A DNA stretch of 63,642 nucleotides, the filler included, from Octopus bimaculoides (taxonomy: Eukaryota): assembly GCF_001194135.2 (NCBI RefSeq). It is 8 parts of 8 records of this genome, joined end to end, with 100 filler letters (N's around TTAATTAATTAA, not from the genome) between each part and the next. Parts side by side here need not be neighbours in the genome. Positions count along the whole stretch, not along the records: positions 44,246 to 48,024 come from NC_068996.1; positions 48,125 to 55,800 come from NC_068982.1; positions 55,901 to 57,970 come from NW_026383731.1; positions 58,071 to 63,642 come from NC_068990.1; 4 more parts are not named here. One strand, written 5' to 3'. Positions 47,055 to 58,997 of the stretch are shown piece after piece. Every line of letters begins with the position of its first letter. Position 1 is the stretch's first letter. Below the pieces are notes generated by a model that worked only from the letters and a program-made list of their open reading frames with translations, did no database searches and was not told where the DNA came from. Made by a program: the position numbers and the translations under genes.

Positions 47055-48124
47055 GTCCGTCCAATGCCTGTACCATTCTTTCAATGTTCTGCCTTGTTAT
47101 AACCAGAAATGTCAGTAACAAAAGTAACATTAATTTTTTAGGTCTTTCAATTATTCTCAACCTATCAATGAACCACTTCAGTAAACCTATCAATAACGAA
47201 GCTACAAGAACTACTGGAAACAGCCGTAAGCCAAATTTAACAGCAATGCATATAAAATATGTATTGACCATTATTTATACTTTGTCTTGTATATCACACT
47301 GTGTAAAAGCAGTATAAATGGAACACAACCACGGATTTACAATACAGAATGGTCATGAAATATGCATGGACTCTTGTTAATTTAGACAATGTTGTTAGCC
47401 TGGTGTAATAATAGAGACCGTACAAAGTATTTTGCCCGGATTGAGAATCCATAAAAAATAACATTCTCTCTCTCTTTCTCTTGCTCCCTCTCTCTATCTC
47501 TCTTTCTCTCGATATATGTATATATATATATTATTTATATTATTATTTAATTGAACACCGCGTATCCAATTCCAAGTAAGTTTTACCTTTTGATGCGACT
47601 CTACTCTGTACTGTTTTCTTTATTTTCCTCTCCTTCTGGTCTAACGATCCTCTATGTTTGTTCTCGTTTGGTTTCCTTGTATCTCTCCACTGTCCTGTTT
47701 TTGTTACCAATTTTCACCCGCCATAAATCCAAAATTTAGTTTTGGAATTTGTAGGAGCAACTGTTTTCGAAAACTCATATTGTCGTTGAACGCTAGAAAT
47801 GAGGAGTTGATATACATCCGACAACTGATAAAGGGTCGTTCTCTTTGTGTTTACTTGTCCTGTCTTCCATATTTTTCACTCGTTGTGTGCATATTTAACT
47901 TTAACTCGTTTGTTTTCGTATTTCATTTTCTGTACACAGTTGATAACGTCATGTACCCAAATACTCACACACACACACATACACACACACACACACACAC
48001 GCACACACATATATATATATATATNNNNNNNNNNNNNNNNNNNNNNNNNNNNNNNNNNNNNNNNNNNNTTAATTAATTAANNNNNNNNNNNNNNNNNNNN
48101 NNNNNNNNNNNNNNNNNNNNNNNN

Positions 48125-48164
<40 letters not shown>

Positions 48165-50192
48165 GTGTAAAGCAATCAAGAGTATAAAGACAGGGAGAGC
48201 CCCTGGCCCATCAGGAATCACTGCTGAGATGCAGTTTGGATTTGTGCCAGGGAAAAGCCCCACTGATACTATATTTCTGGTAAGACAGCTGCAGGAGAAA
48301 TACCTGGAGAAAGCCTTTGACAAGGTCCCCTGATCCCGTATCTGGTGGTCACTGAGGAAACTAGGGATAGATGAATGGTTAGTGAGAGCTGTGAGAGCCA
48401 TGTACAGAGACGCTGTCAGTAAGGTGAGGGTTGGCAGCGAGTACAGTGAAGAATTCCGGGTAGAGATAGGAGTCCACCAATGTTTAGTCCTCAGCCCCCT
48501 CCTATTTATCATAGTCCTCCAGGCAATAACAGAGGAATGCAAGACAGGTTTCCTCTGGGAGCTCCTCTATGCTGATGACCTTGCTCTAATTGCTGAGTCA
48601 CTATCAGAACTAGAGGAGAAGTTTCAGGTGTGGAAGCAAGGATTTGAATCGAAGGGCCTTAGAGTCAACCCAGCTAAAACCAAAGTCCTAATAAGTGGAA
48701 AGGTAGACAAACTACAAACCCTTTCAGGTAGATGGCCCTGCTCGATCTGTAGAACAGGCATAGGTAGAAACTCTATAAGATGACCCAGTGTAAGCTATCG
48801 ACACATAAGATCTGTAGCAATATCAAAGGCAGGCTAACTAGTAAGATAGTTTTTGTATGTGGCAGACGTTCAGGAGCAATAAACACTGAAAATGTGCAGA
48901 GAACAACTTCTGCCACATTCCAGGGAGGAAAACTAGAAGTAGTTGATAGCTTCCGCTACCTAGGTGATCAAGTCAGTAGCAGGGGAGCGTACGCTGAAAG
49001 TGTAGCTGCTAGAATAAGAATAGCCTGGCCAAAGTTCAGAGAGCTCTTACCTGTGCTGGTGACAAAGGGCCTGTTGCTCAGAGTAAAAAGCAGACTGTAT
49101 GACACATGTGTACAAACAGTCATGCTACATGGCAGTGAAACATGGGCTGTGACTGCTGAGGACATGCGTAAGCTCGCAAGGAATGAAGCCAGTATGCTCC
49201 GAAGGATGTATAATGTCAGTGTGCATACCCAACAGAGTGTAAATACCTTGAGAGAAAAGTTGGACCTAAGACGCATCAGTTGTGGTGTGCAAGAGAGACG
49301 ATTGCGTTGGTATGGTCACTTGGTGAGAATGGATGATGATAGCTGTGTGAAAAAGTGCCACAGCCTAGCAGTTGAGGGCACTTGTGGAAGAGGTAGACCC
49401 AGAAAGACCTGGGATGAGGTGGTGAAGCACAACCTTTGAACATTAGGCCTTACCGAGGCAATGACTAGCAACCGAGACCTGTGGAAATATGATGTGCGTG
49501 AGAAGACCCAGCAAGACAAGTGAGACCATAACTCGTGGCCTTTACCAGGGGTGTGGCCAGCCCACTTATGCGTACCTTTCCTTCTTTGGCCACAAAACCC
49601 TGCTTGCGAAAACCTGTTGAGGCAAGTGAAATCGAAATCGAAATTGAACCAAATTTGATGACTGGCACCCGTGCCAACCTTTCCTCATTGGACACTAAAC
49701 TCTGCTTGCGAAGACCTGTTGGAGCAAGTGAGATCGAAACTGAATCAAATTTGCTGACTGGCACCCGTGTCAGTGGAGCGCTGACAGCACCATCCAAGCA
49801 AGATCACTGCCAGAGCAGCAGTCTCGCTCCTGTGCCGGTGGCACGTAAAAACACCATTTGAGCGTGATCGTTTCCAGCTCCACCTTACTGGTACTTGTGC
49901 CAGTGGCATGTGAACAAAACATTGGACTGACTCCTGTGCAGGTGGCACATAAAAAACACCATTTGAGTGTGGCCGTTGCCAGTACTGCCGGACTGGCCCT
50001 CATGCCGGTGGCATGTAAAAAGTACCCACTACACTCTCGAAGTGGTTGGCATTATGAAGGGCATCCAGCTGTAGAAACTCTGCCAAATCAGATTGCAGTC
50101 TGATGTAGCCATCTGGTTCGCCAGTCCCCAGTCAAATCGGCCAACCCATGCTAGCATGGAAAGCGGACGTTAAATGAAGATGATGATAATGA
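48165..50192 (+). mobile_element. RTE-type LINE 3' half: RT with PHD-like insertion, repeated 3'UTR and (GAT)n tail
   Basis: KTGRAPGPSGITAEM; QFGFVPGKS; AFDKVP; GVHQCLVLSPLLFIIV; ELLYADDLAL; FRYLGD; MLHGSETWAV; RLRWYGHLVRM; GRGRPRKTW; ~100-bp duplication 49574-49771; tail gttaaatgaagatgatgat. Confidence 0.95.
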
Positions 50193-50206
50193 TATATATA
50201 TATATA

Positions 50207-50240
<34 letters not shown>

Positions 50241-50340
50241 NNNNNNNNNNNNNNNNNNNNNNNNNNNNNNNNNNNNNNNNNNNNNNNNNNNNNNNNNNNN
50301 NNNNNNNNNNNNNNNNNNNNNNNNNNNNNNNNNNNNNNNN

Positions 50341-50372
<32 letters not shown>

Positions 50373-51299
50373 TATATATATATATATAGTCTGCTGAGAT
50401 GATTTGAAAACACAACAGCTAATAACCTAATGGTATATCTTTTCCACCCCTGCCTAATATAATGATTTAATTATTGTAATTTAATCATTTAGGCTAATTG
50501 AAACAGATGTAAGGGAATATGTTAGATTTTTGCAGATAATAAATTATATTAATGCTATCTCCATTTTCTAAATTTTCTTTTTATATATATACTAGACTAC
50601 CCTTAACCTTTTGGGCCATATGGAAAGTCTGAGTTTCCCAGCAACAGAGTTTTGTTTTGTGGGATTTTTTCAGGTTATTTTGCATGCTTTCAATGAATGT
50701 GATATCAAAATCATGCATAAGCAGCTCCTTTCCCTGGAAAAGGAAAGATTTAGCTGTTATTTCTTGCACGTCCTGCCACCACATAATAGGTATTTTGGGT
50801 CCTTTATCGCAAATAGCTGTTACATGGTTGCAAGGCGTGCTAGAAATAGCAGCCAATCTTTGAAGTTGAGATACGTTGAATGCACTCAAAAAACCCTATG
50901 AAAAATAATTATTTCACTCTGAGGTTACGGACCAGTCTTTTATGAATTATTTACTGTATTTTTAAAGTCATTTTCACTTTTAAATATTTCTTAAATATGC
51001 TAAAAAAATTTTGTAATAGTGTTTACCTGAAAATAATTAAAAAACATTAAAATATTGTCTGTTTAAAGAAAGCTAAAATATAAATACTTACTGTACGAAC
51101 AACTTACATTTTTGAAATCACATTCACTTAAAAATATTTCTATATGATTAAAATATTGTGTACGTCAAAAAGTCAAATTTTTTTTTCTTAGAGAGTAATA
51201 GAAAGAGAACGCAAAGTCTATGTGTATGTATATGTCACAGATAGCGTATATATGTTTATGTTGATTCCCATGCCATGACATTCATTATATGTGTGAGGT

Positions 51300-51550
51300 A
51301 TTCTGTATGTGCGTATGTGTGTTGATCACGGAATCCATGGGTTTTTTTTTCTATCAAGTAATAACAAACAAAAATTGTGTTTAATCATTTTCATTAATAA
51401 ATAGAGATCCAAATGTCACAAAAATTCATACTGCACTGCATAAAGTAAGCATGAAAATATATATGTAAAAGAAATTAAGATAAAATATACTATTTCTGAG
51501 ATATTTCAGGAACAAACAAACATCTTCTAGAGTTTTAGCATTATTAAAAT
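51300..51550 (-). mobile_element. Partial copy of the Helitron-like family at 43001
   Basis: gataaaatatactatttctgagatatttcagg...ctagagttttagcatt is the reverse complement of 43001-43070. Confidence 0.6.
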
Positions 51551-51937
51551 ATATATGTATGTATGTATATATACAAAGTATGGGGGTTTAGTTCACAGGT
51601 AATCTAAATGATTAGGTATGCTAGGTAAGTGCTGCAATGGATTACTGGGGCTCTAATGTTATAGCCAAGATGGTAGTTATGGAGCCATTGCAGATTTCCG
51701 ATGCTGTGGATATATAATTGTTAAACAGAACATCAAATATTAAGGCAAGGCAAACATATCAAGTCATATACAACATTATTACAGGAAGAAATTCAGAATC
51801 TTACAGCTGTTTCTGGAATATCTCCGAGTATGGGATATTCCATCATCAGAGACAAATTGGGGAAAAAATATGGAAAATGAGAATGGTATATATCAATAAG
51901 ATGACAACATAGAGGAAGGGAGTAAAAGAATAAAGAG

Positions 51938-52319
51938 ATGGAAAATGAGAAGAAAAAAAAAGCATAAAAGTTCATAGTTCAACTTTTGAAAGTTAGACAA
52001 ACCAAAGCATGAGTCCTTAGGTGCAATCCTGCGTATATCCATATGGGTTAAAGTCTTGATATAGTAGACATCCCAAGAAAAAGATGCGAACATATCAACG
52101 TTCAATAATATTATTGAATGTTGATATGTTTGTGTCTTTTTCTTGGGATGTCTACTATATCAGGACTTTAACCCACATGGATATATGCAGGATTTCACCT
52201 AAAGACTTACACTCATGGATCTATGCAGGATGGCACCTAAGTACTCATGCTTTGGTTTCTATAATTTCCGAAAGTTGAACTATGAACTTTTATGCTCCTT
52301 TTTTCTTCTCTCTTTCCAT
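51938..52319. repeat. ~380-bp spacer-less imperfect palindrome
   Basis: Centre TTCAATAATATTATTGAA (52101-52118); arms match out to tggaaa.gagaagaaaaaa..agcat / atgct..ttttttcttctc.tttcca; the right arm carries an extra ~30-40-nt duplication. Confidence 0.85.
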
Positions 52320-52361
52320 ATACATATATATACAAATATATACTTATATACACTTATATGC

Positions 52362-52424
<63 letters not shown>

Positions 52425-52504
52425 TATATACACATAAATATATGTATACACATCTCTCTCTTAGCTGCTTTCTTGTATATAAGCGAAGCCATTGCTAGAA
52501 AGAA

Positions 52505-53520
52505 TCATTGAAATGAGTCAATGTTGATGCAATGTGAGGCCCTTGTATGACTCTTGAGCCATGCGAAAGTTTTGCACATTCTATTACATAATGCACAGCT
52601 GTGCTGGCTGGCAGAAGAAACAGGTGCCATAGTATGAACTCATTTGACATGCCTTTTCAATCCTCCAGCTGAGGGGCACACCTTTCCACATGTTGCACAT
52701 GTTCTGTTGTGAACAATAGCCATATCACAATTTACTGTGGATTGATTCCTCTAAGTTCTCTGATGGCTGAGTAGACCTGCATGACTCAAGTACCTCCTCC
52801 CACAAATCACACACACAAAAAGCAACACTCCCTCATTCTCCACAGGTTCATTCCTTCTAAGCTTTCTCCTAATCTTCTCATGCTTCATTCTGTCTCCCTC
52901 AAATCTCGAACAACCACTATGCACTCTCTTCCTCCATCCATCTTGGTCTTGTGCCTCCCTCTCCCAATCAACAACTGAAATTCCTGTCTATGTCAGAGCA
53001 ATTCTGAGGCAGTCCTTGAATCCTATTTTGGATTTATGTGCTAGTCTCCTACCATCTTCCAGCTCACCATACCGAAGTTGCTTGGGAAGACTTTCATCAT
53101 TCATTCTTACCAGATGTCCATCCCACCTCAAATGACTTTGTAGAATCACTGATTCCATGCTTCTACTACCACTTCTCTCAAGTACCTCCACATTACTGAT
53201 GGCCATTTTCCAATTTATCCCAAGAATTTTCCTAAGACAATATTGATGATATTGTTCCAAATGCCTTAAATGCCTATGATAAACAACCCAGGTCTCACTT
53301 CTGTATAACAAAGATGGCAGGACGCATGTGTTATAAACTCTAACTTTAATTTGGAAAGGTATACTATGGCATGACCAGAGGTGCCTGTCAAGCCTACCAA
53401 AGGCATTACTACCAGCCTTGCTGATTCTATATGAAATTTCATCATCAAGACCAAAAGTGCTCAAAGTACTTCCTAAATAAATTAATTTAGTTACAACTTC
53501 CAACCTTTGACCATTCACAG
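52505..53520 (-). mobile_element. RTE LINE 3' part ending in three C2H2-like zinc fingers
   Basis: ITVNGQRLEVVTKLIYLGST...VLPSLLYRSETWVVY...HLRWDGHLVRMNDESLPKQL; then CDLCGRRYLSHAGLLSHQR, CATCGKVCPSAGGLKRH and CALCNRMCKTFAWLKSHTRASH. Confidence 0.9.
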
Positions 53521-53890
53521 TTATAGAAGCAACAGTGCAGAGGAAGCTGAGGATGTTGCAGGAAAATTGATGGGGTGATAGATCTGATGAAATCCAAGAA
53601 GCTTCAAATGCTAACAATTCCAAGCTTTGACTATTCACAGTTATAAAAGCAACAGTGCAGAGGGAGCTGAGGATGATGCAGGAAGATTGGTAGAGTGAGA
53701 GATGCAATGAAATCCAAAAAGCTTCAAATGCTAACAAGTCCAAGTTTTTTCACTCACTCTTGAAAAAAGTTTATTGTCCAACTTCAACAATGGTTGCTCC
53801 ACTTTGTAGCAAGGATTGCACAAAATTATTAACAAATCCTAAAGATATTGTTGGGAGATGAAAAGAACCTTTTGATGAGTTACCTAATAC
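53521..53890 (+). mobile_element. Inverted RTE linker segment fused to the element above; 120-bp tandem duplication spans the junction
   Basis: KATVQRELRMMQEDW*SERCNEIQKASNAN...KKVYCPTSTMVAPLCSKDCTKLLTNPKDIVGR*KEPFDEL on plus; compare KSLLQRSLRKMQNTWWEDLARDVQAAADAND in the 34-37 kb RTE. Confidence 0.8.
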
Positions 53891-54041
53891 TCCATTGAAT
53901 CCCTAGCATGAAACTGATCGACAAGATTGGCTGTAATGGATAATTAATACTGTACACTTCAGATATGTGTATGTCTGTGTGTATGTGTACACATGTGTAT
54001 ATATGTATATGTACATATATTTATACATTTGTGTATATATC

Positions 54042-54090
<49 letters not shown>

Positions 54091-54149
54091 NNNNNNNNNN
54101 NNNNNNNNNNNNNNNNNNNNNNNNNNNNNNNNNATATATATATATATAA

Positions 54150-54345
54150 ATAAAAAATCAAAATAAGCAACACGGATTTTAAAGATGATTGCAGTACGCA
54201 CGTTTCATGCTACTCCATTTATTTAAGTAATGTGAGCATTACATTAAATGCAATATGTAGAGCAATCTTCAGCTGCACAAAAATGTAGAAAATTACAGTA
54301 GAATAGACATATTATAACTGTGGCAACATTTAAAATCCAAGTGGG
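54150..54345 (-). mobile_element. Second copy of the hammerhead-containing short repeat (motif 54190-54277)
   Basis: Reverse complement of 42490-42670 with an intact TGCAG-CTGAAGA...GAAA-C gtgc G-TA-CTGCA. Confidence 0.7.
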
Positions 54346-54639
54346 AAGAAGAATACATAAAAATCCATCTTGACATAGCCAAGGCTAGCAGGCTAGTAAT
54401 TAGTTCTAGGTAGAATTCTAACTGTCTCTGATTTTATTGTCTCTTATCTAGTGGTTCTAGTATAAGGGGCAATCACTTCTAAGGAAAGGGAAGGTGTAAA
54501 CATTATACATGGATATAGTTATAAAGTTTTCTCTGGTCAGAGTTGCAACACTATTTTAGGTTGGGTTTTTACTGCTATCATAATGTTGGGGAATTAAACC
54601 TTAAGCATTTAGGTCAACGGGGCTTTTTCTTTAGTCTGA

Positions 54640-55200
54640 ATAAAGCATCAGTATTGTTTTACATATACTAAGTATGGGAAATTTATAGATATCAATATTA
54701 GTTTAATGAATATGTTAATGATAAGAAGTATGTTAATAATAAAATTGTTAATAATAAAAATGTAATTAGTTTATACAAAAACCCTGAAGTAGTGTCAATC
54801 TTGAATTCAAAAGCTATAGATAAGGTGTAAAGTTTAAGACTATTGTCTATATTAGGCTCAGAAAACTATTTTGAATTATTTAAAAAAAAAATTTTTTTTA
54901 TTATTTAAAAAATTTAAGCTAATATATATAATAATACTATTTTAAACACACATAAAAGGTAAGCTTAATTTTTATAATGTAAAGAATTAGTATAGGATCT
55001 ATATAGTTTATAATAATGGGTTTATTAAGGTTTAAGGGACAGAAAAAAAAAAGAGTAGTAGGAATTAACAAGGACATCCAATATAGAAACATGATAATTG
55101 ATTACTAGTTTAATTATACTATCTTATATAGTCATGAACTTGTTTTAAGACTAACATGGGCTAATTACAGATTGTTAATGGAATAAGGATTAGATTTATA
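54640..55200 (+). mobile_element. Possible highly degraded, AT-drifted LINE RT remnant (L1/Tx1-like)
   Basis: Ordered traces across frameshifts: HQYCF...GKFIDINISL; LNSKAIDKV (xDxxKAFDxV); GI.QGHPI (GxxQGxPLS); ELVLRL...NGIRI. Confidence 0.35.
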
Positions 55201-55209
55201 AGAATTGGA

Positions 55210-55644
55210 TGAGATATGACGGCTCAGCCATCTCTCCCCAGTTCTTATATTAATCATTAAAATCCAGAAATACAACAACACGAGGGATAACGGTATCAAC
55301 AGATCAATAATTTATTCTAGGTTGGTGTAGAGCCGTTTCGTTCCTGGGTGAACAGGCATGCCACTAGAATACCAAGGAAGCTTCGACCACATGTTGGTAT
55401 CGAGTTGAGAGAGCACTGGAAGATACGTGTTGTCACGACCACTGCTAGATAGAGAAGAGGACGAACGCTATTGCTCTCTCTCCACCTGCTGCATTGCGCA
55501 TGCGTGCCCGGGTACTTCTGCTGACGGCAAGTCCCTTGCACATGCGCAATGGCACTTCCCAAGATAGCGGCCAATGGCGGCCACACACACCACTACAGAT
55601 TTATTTAAGTCAAAATATAGAATAAACGCAACACTACCACTACA
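55210..55644 (-). mobile_element. Possible solo LTR
   Basis: GC/CpG-richer island; minus strand starts TGTAGTGG, contains AATAAA and can end in CA; no TSD found. Confidence 0.4.
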
Positions 55645-56169
55645 AGCCCTGAAATAATGTAATAATAATAAGGATCCTTTTAGAGTCAAGCATCAAATAA
55701 AATAAAATAAAATTTTAATTTTGGGTACTAATTAAAAACATTAAGAATTTATAAAACTTCCTATTCTAATAAGCTACATAGGGTTAAGATACATATTAAG
55801 NNNNNNNNNNNNNNNNNNNNNNNNNNNNNNNNNNNNNNNNNNNNTTAATTAATTAANNNNNNNNNNNNNNNNNNNNNNNNNNNNNNNNNNNNNNNNNNNN
55901 TAAATAAAGCACTCTAAGCACTGATCTCGGTTCTGTTTATGGCTGGCCGTATCATCCGAATATACAGGCATTGATGTAGCGGATATTTTAAATTTAGTCA
56001 CTTTGGTGAACCTAACTGAGGAAGACTAACAAGATTTACCATAACAAACTCGAGTACTGGGTTATCCATTCTAGGTTGTCCATTTATCCGGCGTTCTTCC
56101 GAGAATTAAGACGAAAATTTTTTTTATGTTCACCGCCAACCCACACACTTCTTTGCCTCTATTCATTCA

Positions 56170-56668
56170 GTGAAGCTTCACATGGCCTGCGAATCGCAAG
56201 CGGCGCTCAATGATAACGTCATGGAGTGGACGGGTAGCATTGGCGATGTGGTCTTGGTATGATATTCGCTGTATCTGCCGCAGGCACCGTAGCTGAAATA
56301 CATTGAGCCTTCGCGCGATCTTTGCCGATGTCTTCCACGTTTCCGCCACGTATATTGCCGATGGTATCATGATACTGTTGAAGAGGCGCACTTTGGTCTT
56401 GGTGGATATCGCCCTACCTGCCCAGGTGAGTTTGTGTCTTTGAAAGACATCCGACGCCTTACCAATCCGTCGTTGGCCACTCATCGACTTCCTCGATTTG
56501 GTGTCGTCCAATCATCAAAGGGACGTCATTATTGTTCCCATCGACATATCCTGTCCTCATGATCTTCGTCTGGTTTGGAGTCCGATCTTGGCCACCTCCC
56601 GTTCCGATCTCTCTGTCGTTGTGCGAATGACACTTTTCGTCGCTCCGATGAGCGCGATGTCATCGACG
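56170..56668 (-). mobile_element. RTE LINE RT 3' remnant
   Basis: DDIALIG...REVAKIGL; RRIGKASDVFQR...KTKVRLFNSIMIPSAIYVAETWK...RRLRFAGHV. Confidence 0.85.
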
Positions 56669-57029
56669 AGTATATGTGAGTATATATATATTTTTACATA
56701 CATACAAACATACATATATGTTTGTATGTTATCAGTCAGTTTCATTTCTGTATTTCTTGTCCATAGAGAAAGAGCCGGACTCTATCATAGATTCAAGGCT
56801 CCTTCATTGGAACTTTTATCAACATCATCTAAATATGTGTGTGTGTGTGTGTGTGCAGTATTTGGTGTTAGTGTATGCGCAGATTTGTATGTTTGTCTTA
56901 CGGATGCATTTTTATGTCTAGATGCATGCATATGTATTTATGTGCTAAATTTTTGGAAAGTTTTACATATCTTTACAGTTCCATTGATGGCTTGAATCTG
57001 TAGTCTTCTAATCATGTACGTGCATCACT

Positions 57030-57089
57030 TTGTGTGTTGATTCGTCTGCTAGTATAAGTATGTACTTGTGTACAAATTTCTGTGTGTGT

Positions 57090-57167
<78 letters not shown>

Positions 57168-57454
57168 TATGTTAGTATTCAAGTATGTATGTTGATGTGT
57201 ATACATATATTAGTGTTTATGTTTACGCATTTGTATAGAACTGTATGTTTATGTAAAAATACTAGTGTGTATGCGTGTGTTTGGTATCTAGTGTGTGCGT
57301 GTACGTTTGTGTGCTTGTATATATGAGTGTGTGTGTGTGTTTGCGTGTGTGTGTGTGTATATGAGCCTGCATGTGTATGTATGTGCACTAGTACCTAACG
57401 TACAAATGTGTGTGTTTATGTCATAACGTATGAGTGGTTGTGTGTACGTGTGTG

Positions 57455-57502
<48 letters not shown>

Positions 57503-57804
57503 TGTGTGAGTATTAGTGTGTGTATGCCCTTTCGTGTGCGTCTTTGTGTTTATATGTGTATGTGTATGTGTGTATATGTATTGATACGTGGGTATGTTTA
57601 TGTGTGTGTGCGTTTCTATGTCTGCAAGTCTATATTTTTATATATGTGTAACTGTGTTTTTTATGTGTGCTTTTTATATATGTATATATGTAATTTTATG
57701 TGTGTGTGTGTGTGTGTGTTTCTATACATGCGAGTGTATATTTTCTTTTATATGCGTGTCTATGCTTTTATATGTATGTGTATATGTATTTTTATCTGTA
57801 TGTA

Positions 57805-57858
<54 letters not shown>

Positions 57859-57860
57859 TA
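57030..57860. repeat. Extended degenerate (TG)/(TA) low-complexity field
   Basis: Directly visible; source of the VCVC/HTHT pseudo-ORFs. Confidence 0.95.
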
Positions 57861-58070
57861 TATTTGTAGCTGCGTGTGGTCCAACAGCACCGTATTCGGG
57901 GACTTATAAAAATCTTTAATACCAAACTTTGGCAGCAGTTACTTCAAGAATTTCCAGCTATCCATGATTANNNNNNNNNNNNNNNNNNNNNNNNNNNNNN
58001 NNNNNNNNNNNNNNTTAATTAATTAANNNNNNNNNNNNNNNNNNNNNNNNNNNNNNNNNNNNNNNNNNNN

Positions 58071-58490
58071 GTGATCTTTAAGATCAGGGTGGCGTTTGGT
58101 ATGACGTCAGTGTCTGGGGAGGCTGACCGGAAGGGCGAGTTGACCGGAAGAGGAAAAAGGGCAGAGGGAGCCTCGATCGGGATTCGTGCCCTTTTCGAAC
58201 GGGGTCGCGGACAGGACAAGACGTGTCTAGTGACGGTCTAGGTTTGGGAGAAGCAGCTGCTATTTCTGGTGTTCTTTGGGTCAGGGCAAGCTTCAAGGAT
58301 TGGATACCGCAAGACAGACTCGCAGTCGACGAAAGGAAAACCGAGCTAAGGCGATTACATCTACTCGTACGCACACACCACAATTGTTAGTAAGGATCAC
58401 TCAGACGACAGCTTGTGTATAAAACATCGCTGTGTTTGCATCTGTATTTCAGTATTGGCCTCTCAGAAGACTTTTGAGAACATAAAAATA
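58071..58490 (+). other. CpG-rich LTR-like or promoter-like segment at a contig start
   Basis: TGACGTCA (~58102), GACCGGAAG twice (~58125, ~58142), high CpG, AT-rich end; left end lost in a gap. Confidence 0.35.
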
Positions 58491-58505
58491 ATATTTATAA
58501 ATAAA

Positions 58506-58915
58506 GCGTAGGAGTGGCTGTGTGGTAAGTAGCTTGCTTACCAACCACATGGTTCCGGGTTCAGTCCCACTGCGTGGCACCTTGGGCAAGTGTCTTCTAC
58601 TATAGCCTCGGGCCGACCAAAGCCTTGTGAGTGGATTTGGAAGACGGAAACTGAAAGAAGCCTGTCGTATATATGTATATATGTATATACGTATGTATGT
58701 GTGTATATGCTTGCGTGTCTGTGTTTGTCCCCCCAGCATCACCTCACAACCGATGGTGGTGTGTTTACGTCCCCGTAACATAGCGGTTCGGCAAAAGAGC
58801 CCGATAAAATAAGTACTAGGCTTACAAAGAATAAGTCCTGGGGTCGATTAGCTCGACTAAAAGGCGGTGCTCCAGCATGGCCACAGTCAAATGACTGAAA
58901 CAAGTAAAGGAGTAA
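58506..58915 (+). mobile_element. SINE family A, full length
   Basis: GCGTAGGAGTGGCTGTGTGGTAAG...GGTTCAGTCCC...CCTTGGGCAAGTG...ctgaaacaagtaaaggagtaa. Confidence 0.92.
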
Positions 58916-58957
58916 TATTAAGTATATAACTGAGTTGGTTTGCTGTTCCAGTTTGTG

Positions 58958-58997
<40 letters not shown>

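Noticed and set aside
50603-51100. piggyBac-like element starting TTAA|CCTTTTGGG
   Set aside because: No matching right TIR or TTAA found, and the overlapping ORFs have no transposase motifs.
54360-55260. Mitochondrial insertion (NUMT), suggested by AT-richness
   Set aside because: No recognisable mitochondrial rRNA, tRNA or protein motif on either strand; RT traces fit better.
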